From: a bacterium
GTDB taxonomy: Bacteria > SZUA-182 > DTGQ01
Direction: 5' to 3'
NCBI GenBank assembly: GCA_040752695.1
Contig: JBFMGO010000002.1
Location: forward strand, 18,564 to 82,563
DNA: 64,000 nucleotides
This document shows, in pieces, positions 1 to 9,697 of this stretch. The notes under the pieces were generated by a model. The model did no database searches and was not told the DNA's origin. It saw only the letters and a list, made by a program, of their open reading frames with translations. The position numbers and the translations under genes are program-made. Every line of letters begins with the position of its first letter. Within the stretch, counting starts at the first letter, position 1.

Positions 1-2
1 TG

Positions 3-3000
3 TGTATAGATGCTGGTCATCCGCGAATGTATGACACAGATCATTCCCGCTCGGATATAGGAGCCCATGGAGGAGGTGGAGGATCGGATAGTCCGATCAC
101 TATCACTGTTGCAACTGATGGTAGTGGAGATTTTAACTCTCTTCAAGAGGCTTTTGATAACACGGTTACGGGAGATACGCTTACTGTTTTACCAGGAATA
201 TACAGCGAAAATCTGGTTATTGGTAATAAAGAGGTCTCTATTATCAGCGCTAACGGTGCTGAGTCAACGATTATTGATGGCTCCGGATCAGGATCGGTTA
301 TCGTCCTGACCAATCCAGGATCAGGATGCATATTAGATGGGTTTACTATCCGGAATGGATCGGCTGACTACGGTGGTGGAATTTTTTGTTCCTCTTCCTC
401 TCTCAGCATAACCAACTGTATCATTACCGGGAATTCGGCTAATGGCATCAATGGCTCCGGCGGCGGCGGGATATTTTGCCGATCATCCTCGCCGACTATT
501 GCCAACTGTACAATCACCGGGAATTCGGATACCAAGGGCGGCGGTGGCGGCGGGATATTTTGCCAAACATCCTCGCCGACTATTGCCAACTGTACTATCA
601 GCGGAAATTCGGCCTTGAGCGGAGCAGGGATTTTTTGCGAGGGGAATTCTTCACCGGCTATTGAAAACTCTATCATCAGCAAGAATTCGGGTATTGACAC
701 TTACGAGGACTGCCACGGCGGCGGGATATTTTGCCGATCATCCTCGCCGACTATTGCTAATTGTACTATCAGTGAAAATGTAACGAACGATGGAGGAGCA
801 GGGATTTTTTGCGAAGGGAATTCTTCACCGGTTATTGAAAACTCCATTATCAGCAAGAATTTGGATACTGGCGTCGACTTTTTCAGCTCCGACGGCGGTG
901 GTGGCATTTTCTGTACGGGGGATTCCTCGCCACGCATCACAAACTGTACTATCAACGAAAATTCGGCATCTGCCAGAGGGGGCGGTATTTTTTGTACGGA
1001 GGACTCCTCACCAAATATCAAAGACTGTACCATCAATAGTAATTCGGCGGACGTTGGTGGCGGGATTTATTGCCTCGGAGGATCGTTGCCAACTATTGAA
1101 CACTGTACCATAAGCGAAAATTCAGCGACCGGTTATGGTGGTGGTGGAATATATGGTGAATCCTCTTCGCCGACTATCACCAATTGTATCATCAGCAAAA
1201 ATTCGGCTCTCAGCGGTAATGGCGGCGGGATATTTTGCAAGGACTCATCACCGTCTATTACCGATTGCACCATCAGCGAAAATGCGGCCAGCGTCAATTC
1301 AGCTTTACGCAGCAGCGGCGGCGGCGGGATTTATTGCATGGGAGATTCATGCCCACGTATCATCGGCTCTACCATCAGTCAGAATTCGGCTAACGGCAGC
1401 CAGTGCTACGGCGGCGGGATAGCCTGTGATGAGGATTCCTCCCCAACTATTGAAAACTGTTTCATCAAAGAGAACCTGGTTGCCACTGCCAGTACCTACT
1501 CCGCCTTCGGCGGCGGGATCTATTGCTCACTTTCATCCTCGCCTGATATCTCTCATTGTACCATCATCGGGAATTCAACGAACAGCGGCAGCGGCGGCGG
1601 GATTTTTTGCTTATCCTCCTCTTCAGTTACTATCAAAGATTGCACCATCAGCAGTAACTCGGCTCTCGACGGCTATGGCGGCGGGATTTTTTGCTCATCC
1701 TCCTCTCCAGCTATCAGCAATTGCTCCATCAGCCAAAATTCGGTTAATGGTGACTATGGCAGCGGCGGCGGGATAGCCTGTTCCGACTCCTCTCCAGCTA
1801 TCAGCAATTGTATCATCAGCCAAAATTCAGCTTCAGGATCTACCGGGGCTGCCCTCCATGGAGGTGGCATCAGTTGTATTGGTTCTTCACCAGCCATCAC
1901 TGACTGTACTATTACCGAAAATTTAGCCTCTGGTGATGGTGGCGGTATTCATTGTTACCACTTTTCATCGCCGACTATCACTGATTCTTCCATTTCCGGA
2001 AACTCCGCCAGCCGCCATGGCGGTGGCATTCGTTGTTTTTACTTCTCCTCGTCCAAAATAACCAAAAGTATCATTTCCGGGAATTCAGCATCCCTTTCCG
2101 GCGGTGGAATTGACTGCAAATATTTTTCCCCTCCGCACATCGTCAATTCTATTTTTACTCTGAATTCAGCTTCTCATTTCGGCGGCGCTATGGCTTGTTT
2201 CGATAATTCCTCGCCGGCTGTGAGGAATTGTACGGTGACAAAAAATTCAGCTTCCAGCCACGGAGGCGGAATTTATGGCAGTGATTCATCTTCTCCAAGA
2301 ATTATAAACAGCATTCTCTGGCAGGATACGCCGGATGAAATATATGCCAGTACAGCCAGCGTAACTTACTCTGATATTCAAAACGGCTATGGCGGAGAAG
2401 GTAATATCTGTCTTGATCCTGAATTTATCGACCCTGACGGAGGAGATTACCATCTTGGGTCTCGCTCGCCTTGTATTGATAAAGGTACCGGCGATGGTGC
2501 CCCTTTTATCGACACAGATGATCTTCCAAGACCCGGAGGCGCAGGATATGATCTGGGAGCCTATGAATCTCAAGCAGCCGTTATTCACTCTGTTTTTTCA
2601 GGAGACAGTATTCAGGAGGCTATTGACGTGGCCAATAACGGGGAAGTGATTATCGTAGGAGAGGGAATCTATCGTGAGAATATCCGTATTGTAAATAAAA
2701 ATATTACGCTGAGGAGTACCGACCCTGAAGATCCGAAGAGAGTGGCTCAAACCATTATTGATGGAAACCAGACAGGCAGCGTCGTTACTTTTTCCGGCAG
2801 CAACTCTGTGCTGAGTGGATTTACTTTACAAAATGGCCACTCTCTTTATGGAGGCGCGATTTATTGTTCCGACTCTTCCTCCCCAGGCATTCATAATTGT
2901 ACTCTTACCGGAAACTCAGCGTCTCAAGCCGGGGGAGGGATCGCCTGTCAAAATTTTTCTTCACCAGGCATTACGAACTGCATCATTACGGGAAATTCGT

Positions 3001-5387
3001 CTGCCTTATCCGGCGGCGGTATAGCCTGTAGCGATCATTGTTCTCCGTCTATCATTAACTGCACCATTACCCAAAATTCAGCTTCCGGTAAAGGGGGAGG
3101 GATTTATATCGAGGATTTACTCTATTCTCCGCGAATCATAAACTGTATTCTCTGGAACGACATACCGGATGAAATATCCAGTTGGGCGCCTGTGATCATC
3201 TCCTATTCCGATGTTCAAAACCTTCTTTTCCTCACCCTGAGGGGAGAGGGTAATATGTCTGTTGATCCCGGGTTTATCGATCCAGGTGCCGGAGACTACC
3301 ACCTTAGTTTCCTTCCGCCCTTTTCACCCTGTATCGATAAGGGAACAAATGATACAGCACCCTTTTCGGATAAAGACGGGCAGATCAGACCATCGGGACA
3401 CGGATACGATATAGGGTCCTATGAGTTAAGTGTCAAGGATCGGTATGTTTATTATTCTTATCAAAGACATCGTTGTCAAGAATGCCATATCGATATCATT
3501 GAAAATGATCAGCCGGGTCATGCTGCCCATATCGGGACCAATCCCGGAGGGGCAGCCATAGACTGTACTGCCTGTCATGCTGATGATCCGGGGTCTTCTG
3601 AGCATTACCGTCAAGAGCTCGTATTATTCGCTGACGGCAAAACTTTTGATGAAACTGCCATTTGTGATAGTTGCCACAGCCCTGACGGCGCCTTTGATGG
3701 CGTGAATGATCCAGTTATTGGAGCCAAGGCCAATTGGGAAAACGGAGTATACCAAAAGCCCTCCCGTCAGCAGTTAACCCCTGGCCTGGAAAACTGGTGC
3801 GCAGGCTGTCACGACAATGGCACATCGGTCTATAGCGGAGTATCTGCCCCTGCCGTGATGGGAGATAACTCTACCTACGGCTACAATATTACCGGCCATA
3901 AGATAGCCTGCTCTGCCTGTCATGATGTAACCACGAGGCACATCGATGGCCAGGCCAGAACCTATTCGTCTTATTCCGATCCCTGGAAGTCATGGGATAT
4001 CCATAATTATCAAAATGGATACAGATTAAAGTACCGGATGATTATCCCTCTGGATGTCGGGCCTCAAGGGGGAGAGGCCAAAGATCAATTTGCTCTTTGT
4101 TTTGAGTGCCATGACGAAAACACCCGCCTGAACAAGGTCCCTCCGTATCTAACCAATTTCCAGGATAATGGAATTAACCGGCACTCATCGCATGTAAGCT
4201 CCGGTCTCAAGGCATGGGATTCTGACTGGAATTATTTACAGCCAAAAGATGAAGGTTCCATCATAGGGGGACATCTGCCAGGTGAAGATCCAATAATTGA
4301 TTCACGCCTCAGTTGTCCTGCCTGTCATAATGTACACGGATCCCCAAATCCGGTCATGATTCGACATGGGGAATTGATCAGCAGCCCAGGGACTCAGGAT
4401 AAGGTAGCGGCCCTGAATTTCCGATGGTATAAAGAGGATGGATATACACCGACCATCTTTGGCGATGAAAGCCTGTTTGCCGATGTTCCAGTCATGGGAG
4501 GGCCGGGAGGTGGCGATTTGGAAAACAGCCGGGTATGTAATGGCTGTCATGGCGGCCCCATGCCTGTCAAGTATAATCGAACCTGGCAGAGTGTGGATAA
4601 GCCTAAAGGCTCCTGGGACAGACCGGCTCTTCCGCCTTCACTGCGATTTTTGAAGCCGGCGCCGGGCAGTAAGGATATCGCTGTTGATACGTCTTTGAGC
4701 TTTTTGCTTCTTTCCAATCAAGAGGATGATCCTGATTGGAGCACCTTTTCGATTTCTCTCAAGGACTCTTTGCTTTACTCCCAAACCTATACCTATGATG
4801 ACAGCGAGGTTATGGTGATACCCGTTCAGGGAAGACCCCACTGTTATGAGGTGACGGTAAATCCCTCGGTCGATTTTGGCGACCAGCAAAAAATCAGGGT
4901 GGATATCTCTCTTCAAGATACGGCTGGCCACAGGCTAACCTCTCCTGAGTGGTATTTCGATACAGGTGTCTCTTCTCCGGTAATTTGGAGAACTCCTGCG
5001 AGGGTTCACTCTGAAAATATTTTTTGGTCACCAGAGCTTTTGATTGACGATCATCCAGAGACAGGCAACGCGTATTCCCCTTTTTCTTCTCACTGGCTCA
5101 TCTTCGATTTAGGCCAAAGCTATCAGGTTGGTCAGGTTCGCTTTCTCCTTTCCTTTCTCGATAGTCGGTTATGGAACATCTATGTGAGTGATGATCCAAA
5201 TGATCTGGGTCCTGCGGTAAAAATGAAATGGCTGGCTGAACCGGATCCTGGTCTGGCTCCTGATACCTATCTGCCAGCCTGGGCAACCACGTCTTTTGAT
5301 CCAAAACAGGGTAGATACGTGATGATTGAGACAGGAAGAGGCCCATTAGAAAAAGATACCCTCATGGAGATGGATTTTGCACCTTAA
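3..5387 (+). CDS. Giant surface protein, 5'-truncated: right-handed beta-helix repeats + multiheme c-type cytochrome (8 CxxCH) + Ig-like + F5/8-type C (discoidin)-like domain
   Basis: Frame is open from nt 3 (CIDAGHPRMYDTDHSRSDIGAHGG is a beta-helix module end motif), so ATG 27 is not the true start. Dozens of GGGI(F/Y)C..SSP.I.NC.I..NSA repeats; SPCIDKG...YDLGAYE caps; CQECH, CTACH, CDSCH, CAGCH, CSACH, CFECH, CPACH, CNGCH at ~3474-4550; C-terminal WLIFDLG...GRYV. Confidence 0.85.
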   Translation, partial: CIDAGHPRMYDTDHSRSDIGAHGGGGGSDSPITITVATDGSGDFNSLQEAFDNTVTGDTLTVLPGIYSENLVIGNKEVSIISANGAESTIIDGSGSGSVIVLTNPGSGCILDGFTIRNGSADYGGGIFCSSSSLSITNCIITGNSANGINGSGGGGIFCRSSSPTIANCTITGNSDTKGGGGGGIFCQTSSPTIANCTISGNSALSGAGIFCEGNSSPAIENSIISKNSGIDTYEDCHGGGIFCRSSSPTIANCTISENVTNDGGAGIFCEGNSSPVIENSIISKNLDTGVDFFSSDGGGGIFCTGDSSPRITNCTINENSASARGGGIFCTEDSSPNIKDCTINSNSADVGGGIYCLGGSLPTIEHCTISENSATGYGGGGIYGESSSPTITNCIISKNSALSGNGGGIFCKDSSPSITDCTISENAASVNSALRSSGGGGIYCMGDSCPRIIGSTISQNSANGSQCYGGGIACDEDSSPTIENCFIKENLVATASTYSAFGGGIYCSLSSSPDISHCTIIGNSTNSGSGGGIFCLSSSSVTIKDCTISSNSALDGYGGGIFCSSSSPAISNCSISQNSVNGDYGSGGGIACSDSSPAISNCIISQNSASGSTGAALHGGGISCIGSSPAITDCTITENLASGDGGGIHCYHFSSPTITDSSISGNSASRHGGGIRCFYFSSSKITKSIISGNSASLSGGGIDCKYFSPPHIVNSIFTLNSASHFGGAMACFDNSSPAVRNCTVTKNSASSHGGGIYGSDSSSPRIINSILWQDTPDEIYASTASVTYSDIQNGYGGEGNICLDPEFIDPDGGDYHLGSRSPCIDKGTGDGAPFIDTDDLPRPGGAGYDLGAYESQAAVIHSVFSGDSIQEAIDVANNGEVIIVGEGIYRENIRIVNKNITLRSTDPEDPKRVAQTIIDGNQTGSVVTFSGSNSVLSGFTLQNGHSLYGGAIYCSDSSSPGIHNCTLTGNSASQAGGGIACQNFSSPGITNCIITGNSSALSGGGIACSDHCSPSIINCTITQNSASGKGGGIYIEDLLYSPRIINCILWNDIPDEISSWAPVIISYSDVQNLLFLTLRGEGNMSVDPGFIDPGAGDYHLSFLPPFSPCIDKGTNDTAPFSDKDGQIRPSGHGYDIGSYELSVKDRYVYYSYQRHRCQECHIDIIENDQPGHAAHIGTNPGGAAIDCTACHADDPGSSEHYRQELVLFADGKTFDETAICDSCHSPDGAFDGVNDPVIGAKANWENGVYQKPSRQQLTPGLENWCAGCHDNGTSVYSGVSAPAVMGDNSTYGYNITGHKIACSACHDVTTRHIDGQARTYSSYSDPWKSWDIHNYQNGYRLKYRMIIPLDVGPQGGEAKDQFALCFECHDENTRLNKVPPYLTNFQDNGINRHSSHVSSGLKAWDSDWNYLQPKDEGSIIGGHLPGEDPIIDSRLSCPACHNVHGSPNPVMIRHGELISSPGTQDKVAALNFRWYKEDGYTPTIFGDESLFADVPVMGGPGGGDLENSRVCNGCHGGPMPVKYNRTWQSVDKPKGSWDRPALPPSLRFLKPAPGSKDIAVDTSLSFLLLSNQEDDPDWSTFSISLKDSLLYSQTYTYDDSEVMVIPVQGRPHCYEVTVNPSVDFGDQQKIRVDISLQDTAGHRLTSPEWYFDTGVSSPVIWRTPARVHSENIFWSPELLIDDHPETGNAYSPFSSHWLIFDLGQSYQVGQVRFLLSFLDSRLWNIYVSDDPNDLGPAVKMKWLAEPDPGLAPDTYLPAWATTSFDPKQGRYVMIETGRGPLEKDTLMEMDFAP

Positions 5388-5437
5388 CGAGGGCCAGTGT
5401 GCAAGCTCATGGTTCCCCGCATCAGGAAGCGATTTTA

Positions 5438-5487
5438 AACTTTGTAAGAACCCCCATCAATTTGAACTTTGTAAGAATCCCCATCAA
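5438..5487. repeat. Two-copy direct repeat, 27-bp period (AACTTTGTAAGAAYCCCCATCAA)
   Basis: 5438-5460 and 5465-5487, one mismatch. Confidence 0.85.
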
Positions 5488-5625
5488 AGGGATTTGCATA
5501 CACAGCCTGGTATTTCAATATTTCCTCAGGAGGAAAAGGGAGAGAAGCATATCTATTCGAAAGAAATTCCGAACAGGAGAAGGCAAGCTAGAAAAGGCGG
5601 GGAGATGACGCGAAGAGGAGATGAC

Positions 5626-6252
5626 GTGAAAAAGTTATTACATATTATAGCCACACCGCGCGGAGAGAATTCACGAACACTGAGAGTGAGCGGGATATTT
5701 CTGGAAGAATTTATGAAAACCCACCCGGATTGGATTATCGACGAGTTGGATTTATTCAAAGAGGATCTCCCCAAACTTACCGTCAGGAGAGTCGACGGTA
5801 AATATCTTCTCCTTGATGGCAAAGGCTTATTTGGGGAGTTGAAAGAGGCATGGGAAGAGATCGTTGCCCACATAGAGAGGTTTTTGTCAGCCGATGCCTC
5901 CCTCATAAGCACTCCGATGTGGAATTTTCATATCCCTTACGTGCTCAAGCAGTACATTGATATTATTGTGCAGCCGCGATTTCTTTTTAAATACACACCA
6001 GAGGGTGTCGTAGGAATGGCCAAAGGGAAAAAGATGGTCATCATCACCAGCAGGGGCGGAGATTACAGTTCAGACCAGATGCAGCCCTTTGACTTTCAGG
6101 AGCCATATTTGCGTGCTATTTTTCAATTTGTCGGGATAACCGACATCAGCTTTATCATCGCCCAGCCGATGGATGGTGTGGAATCCAGGATACGAGACCA
6201 AAAGATATTCGAAGCCCAGGCCTTAGCCAGGAAGATAGCCACTCATGTTTAA
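5626..6252 (+). CDS. azoR: FMN-dependent NADH-azoreductase
   Basis: LLHIIATPRG..SRT, TPMWNFHIPYVLKQYID, ITSRGGDY, YLRAIFQFVGI motifs; GTG at 5626 with GAGGAG RBS. Confidence 0.88.
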   Translation: MKKLLHIIATPRGENSRTLRVSGIFLEEFMKTHPDWIIDELDLFKEDLPKLTVRRVDGKYLLLDGKGLFGELKEAWEEIVAHIERFLSADASLISTPMWNFHIPYVLKQYIDIIVQPRFLFKYTPEGVVGMAKGKKMVIITSRGGDYSSDQMQPFDFQEPYLRAIFQFVGITDISFIIAQPMDGVESRIRDQKIFEAQALARKIATHV

Positions 6253-6282
6253 GAAAGAAGCCATTTTGCCGGGAGAAAAAGC

Positions 6283-8280
6283 GTGCCCCGCGATATTCCC
6301 ATAGGGAATGGAAATATATTGATTGCCTTTGACAGGGATTATCGCCTGCGGGAGTTTTCCTTTCCCCATGTCGGGCAGGAGAGTCACGTCGGGCCGGAAC
6401 CCTTCCGCTTTGGTGTCTGGATAGATGGGATCTTTAGCTGGATTCCTGAAGGATGGAAAATACGCAAGGGTTATCTTGAAGATTCCCTGGTTACCGAGGT
6501 GCATCTTATCCATGAAGATCTTGACATTCAATTTATCACGCATGATCTGGTAGATTTTCATGAGAATATATACTTAAGAAAGATAACCATTGAAAACATG
6601 TCGGGCACTGACAGGGATATCCGGATCTTCTTCTGCCATGATTTTCACATCTATGGAAATAATATCGGAGATACCGCAGCATTTCGTCCGGAAGTTCGTG
6701 GCATTGTACACTATAAAAATGAACGATATTTTCTCGTCAATGTCTATGCAAATACAAAGTATGGTATCGACCAGTTTGCAACGGGAAATAAAGAGTACGG
6801 CGATTTTATCGGTACCTGGAAGGATGCCGAAGATGGAATCCTCAGCGGGAATCCTATATCCCAGGGCTCAGTCGACTCGGTGATTGCCATTCATCTTACC
6901 TTAAAAGGATACCAAAAGGAGGATTGTTACTATTGGATTTGTGCTGGCAAGAGCTGGTCGGAGGTAAATGAGCTCAATACGGTTATCATGAAGAAAAAAC
7001 CTGAGACCATCCTCAAGCGAACCCTGGATTACTGGACATTATGGCTGAATAAGGAAGAGTTGAATTTCGATCTGCTGCCTCCGAACGTAGCCTGGCTCTA
7101 CAAAAGAAGCCTCATTATTTTGCGCACCCAGATCGATAATTGCGGAAGTATTATGGCGGCAAATGATTCGGATGTAGTTTATTTTAACCGGGATACTTAC
7201 AGCTATATGTGGCCGCGTGATGGGGCATTAATTGCTTATGCGCTTGATCTGGCTGGTTATCCGGAAATTACCTGCCGCTTCTTCAATCTTTGTGCGAAGA
7301 TTATCGAGAAGGAAGGTTACTTTTTCCATAAGTATACTCCATCGGGAATGTTAGCCAGTTCCTGGCATCCATGGTTAAAAGGAGGAAAATTTCAGCTCCC
7401 TATCCAGGAGGATGAGACTGCATTGGTTATCTGGGCGCTCTGGAATCATTATCAACTCTACAGGGATATAGAATTTATTAAATTTCTCTACAAGCCCTTG
7501 ATTAAACGTGCGGCAGATTTCATGATGAATTATCGTGACTCTGAAACAAAGCTGCCTTTACCAAGCTATGATCTTTGGGAGGAGCGCCAGGGAATTTTGA
7601 CGTTTACCGTGTCAGCCGTATACGGCGGGTTAATGGCAGCCGCAAATTTCACCCGGGCATTTGGAGAAACTGAATTAGCCGGTGAATACCAAAAGGGTGC
7701 TGAAGAGATCAGGGAAGCGATGGAGCGATACCTTTACCTTAAAGGAGAGAAAAGATTTGCCAGAATGGTTCATTTCAAGGAAGATGAAAGGGTAGAGATT
7801 GATGCTGCCATCGATGCCAGCCTCTATGGTGTATTTGCTTTTGGTGCTTTTTCCGCTCATGATGAAAAAGTAGCTTCTACGATGCAACAGGTTTATGAGA
7901 GATTATGGTGTAAAACTCATGTCGGCGGAATAGCCAGGAATGAGGACGATTATTACCACCGGGTAAGTCGTGATCTTCCGGGCAATCCATGGATTATTAC
8001 GACCCTGTGGCTTGCCCAGTATGCCATCGCCAAAGCGGAATCCCGGTCTGAACTGGATAAGGCCATGAATAGTATCCAGTGGGTTGTTGACCGAGCCTTA
8101 CCAAGTGGTGTGCTGGCCGAGCAAGTGCATCCTTATACCAACGCACCGCTTTCAGTTTCACCATTATCCTGGAGTCATGCTGCATTTATTATGGCAGTCC
8201 AGGAGTATCTGAATAAGTATACCGCAATGGAAAGATGCCCAAGCTGTGGTCAATCAAAATTTCTAAAAAAGAAAAAGTAA
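6283..8280 (+). CDS. Glycoside hydrolase family 15 (glucoamylase-like)
   Basis: YSYMWPRDG, QEDET, YDLWEER, LAEQV, PLSWSHA motifs; no signal peptide. Confidence 0.9.
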   Translation: MPRDIPIGNGNILIAFDRDYRLREFSFPHVGQESHVGPEPFRFGVWIDGIFSWIPEGWKIRKGYLEDSLVTEVHLIHEDLDIQFITHDLVDFHENIYLRKITIENMSGTDRDIRIFFCHDFHIYGNNIGDTAAFRPEVRGIVHYKNERYFLVNVYANTKYGIDQFATGNKEYGDFIGTWKDAEDGILSGNPISQGSVDSVIAIHLTLKGYQKEDCYYWICAGKSWSEVNELNTVIMKKKPETILKRTLDYWTLWLNKEELNFDLLPPNVAWLYKRSLIILRTQIDNCGSIMAANDSDVVYFNRDTYSYMWPRDGALIAYALDLAGYPEITCRFFNLCAKIIEKEGYFFHKYTPSGMLASSWHPWLKGGKFQLPIQEDETALVIWALWNHYQLYRDIEFIKFLYKPLIKRAADFMMNYRDSETKLPLPSYDLWEERQGILTFTVSAVYGGLMAAANFTRAFGETELAGEYQKGAEEIREAMERYLYLKGEKRFARMVHFKEDERVEIDAAIDASLYGVFAFGAFSAHDEKVASTMQQVYERLWCKTHVGGIARNEDDYYHRVSRDLPGNPWIITTLWLAQYAIAKAESRSELDKAMNSIQWVVDRALPSGVLAEQVHPYTNAPLSVSPLSWSHAAFIMAVQEYLNKYTAMERCPSCGQSKFLKKKK

Positions 8281-8368
8281 TTTTTCTCACTTCCAAAGAA
8301 TGTTTGCATACGAAAACGATCAGTGTATTACTAATTATATTGTTGCAGTTTTTGGCACGTGACAGGTG

Positions 8369-8387
8369 AGTTGCCCGCCGGGCAACT
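8369..8387. terminator. Hairpin between convergent genes
   Basis: AGTTGCCC-GCC-GGGCAACT perfect stem; weak U-tract. Confidence 0.45.
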
Positions 8388-8404
8388 TGTGATCAGCAGC
8401 TCCC

Positions 8405-9403
8405 TCAGGAGCTTCTCGGGTTTTCGCTATACACGGATGAACTTGCACTACCCGCGGAAGGATACTGGAGTTGCCAGGGGTACGCCATGTATGAACCCTG
8501 GAAGAGGCTTTGAATGAACGACATATCCTTTGTATTCCAGTTCTGCGTAATCGAGGGGGAAGAATAGCTCGTCCCTTGAGAGGAATAGGATGGCAGCGCA
8601 AGATAAGGCATTGTCTGATAACTTGTATAGGAAACAGGAATAATGCTCTGAATCCATGATGAATTATTGGTGGTTTGCTGAACGGGAGTCTCTACCTTTT
8701 TCAGTTTGGGAATCTTTTTGGGATCAACCTTTTGTGTTATCGGAAGCCCTGTGTCCATCCAGGATACAGAATCATTTTCATTCTCGATCTTTTCAGTGAC
8801 CGTAGCAACTTTAATTGAGGAGGAGATGGACCCGCTGGGAAGCCTTCCCGGATATCCCCTGTATCCATAGAAATATCCGTTGGTTTCAGCCTGATAATTT
8901 GAGCCCTGTAATCCACCCAGGCCGCCGGTGCCCTGAGGGCTTGACATTTCCTTGAGTTTATTATCAACCTCGTAAACAGTGGTAAATCCGAGTTGCTCCA
9001 GACGATCCGCTGCGTACGTACTTCGCACTCCAATGGCACATATAACAATCAGCGTGTCGCTTTTCCTGCTGCCGAAGGTTTGCTCAACCAGGGCATCGAA
9101 ATCGGGATTATCTTTATAGATTGTCTTGCCATTTTCATCAATGCCGTCGAACAGCTTCCAGGGTATGAGATAGGCAATGGGTTCACCACCGGCATCGAGT
9201 GCAGGACTTCCCACGAAGGTATATTCCTCCAGTGTTCTGACATCGAGAATTGTCGCCTGGCCGCTTTTCACCATATTGTAAGCCTCTTGCGCGGTAATCT
9301 GGTCAAATGCTTCCACGATACCGGGAAAATTCATCAAAAAAGACACATTAAAAAGAAAAATAAATAAGCTGAATAGTAATAAGTTGAATATCTTTTTTTT
9401 CAT
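8405..9403 (-). CDS. Secreted rhodanese-domain protein with Ser/Tyr/Gln-rich tail
   Basis: N-terminal signal peptide (MKKKIFNLLLF...VEA), ILDVRT.EEY, active loop CAIGVRS, LEQLGF. Confidence 0.8.
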   Translation of the reverse strand: MKKKIFNLLLFSLFIFLFNVSFLMNFPGIVEAFDQITAQEAYNMVKSGQATILDVRTLEEYTFVGSPALDAGGEPIAYLIPWKLFDGIDENGKTIYKDNPDFDALVEQTFGSRKSDTLIVICAIGVRSTYAADRLEQLGFTTVYEVDNKLKEMSSPQGTGGLGGLQGSNYQAETNGYFYGYRGYPGRLPSGSISSSIKVATVTEKIENENDSVSWMDTGLPITQKVDPKKIPKLKKVETPVQQTTNNSSWIQSIIPVSYTSYQTMPYLALPSYSSQGTSYSSPSITQNWNTKDMSFIQSLFQGSYMAYPWQLQYPSAGSASSSVYSENPRSS

Positions 9404-9464
9404 ATTTGGTCAACCTCGTATTTCTCGTTTACTTTTCAATAGCCTAAAGTTTGGGCGCTATTTA

Positions 9465-9494
9465 ATGATAATCTCTTTCACATCATTCTGTCAA
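9465..9494 (-). promoter_or_regulatory. Putative sigma70 promoter for rhodanese gene
   Basis: TTGACA-N18-TATCAT on minus strand. Confidence 0.5.
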
Positions 9495-9614
9495 CCATCA
9501 TTCATCCTTTAGTCAATATTTATTTACTGAAGCCAATTTTCATGGTGCTCATACCCTGTTTCTCTCTGTACCCATCAGGTGAGTGTTGAGCAGATGCCAT
9601 GATGAAACCGCATC

Positions 9615-9644
9615 TTGACAATCGGGAAAGTGTATGATTATAGT
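9615..9644 (+). promoter_or_regulatory. Putative sigma70 promoter
   Basis: TTGACA-N18-TATAGT; implies start at ATG 9698 rather than 9647. Confidence 0.5.
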
Positions 9645-9697
9645 TAATGAAAATATTCCATGATCTGGTAAATGACCCTTTCCCTGGAACCGGGACC

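Noticed and set aside
5377..5625. 83-aa N-terminal extension of AzoR in the ORF track
   Set aside because: Overlaps the previous gene and runs through a DNA repeat; the family starts at KKLLHI, with an RBS before GTG 5626
8236..8250. CPSC at the GH15 C-terminus as a heme site
   Set aside because: No following His; a single CxxC in a cytoplasmic enzyme
6283..8280. GH15 as a cellulosome-type partner of the cohesin protein
   Set aside because: No signal peptide and no dockerin; probably cytoplasmic
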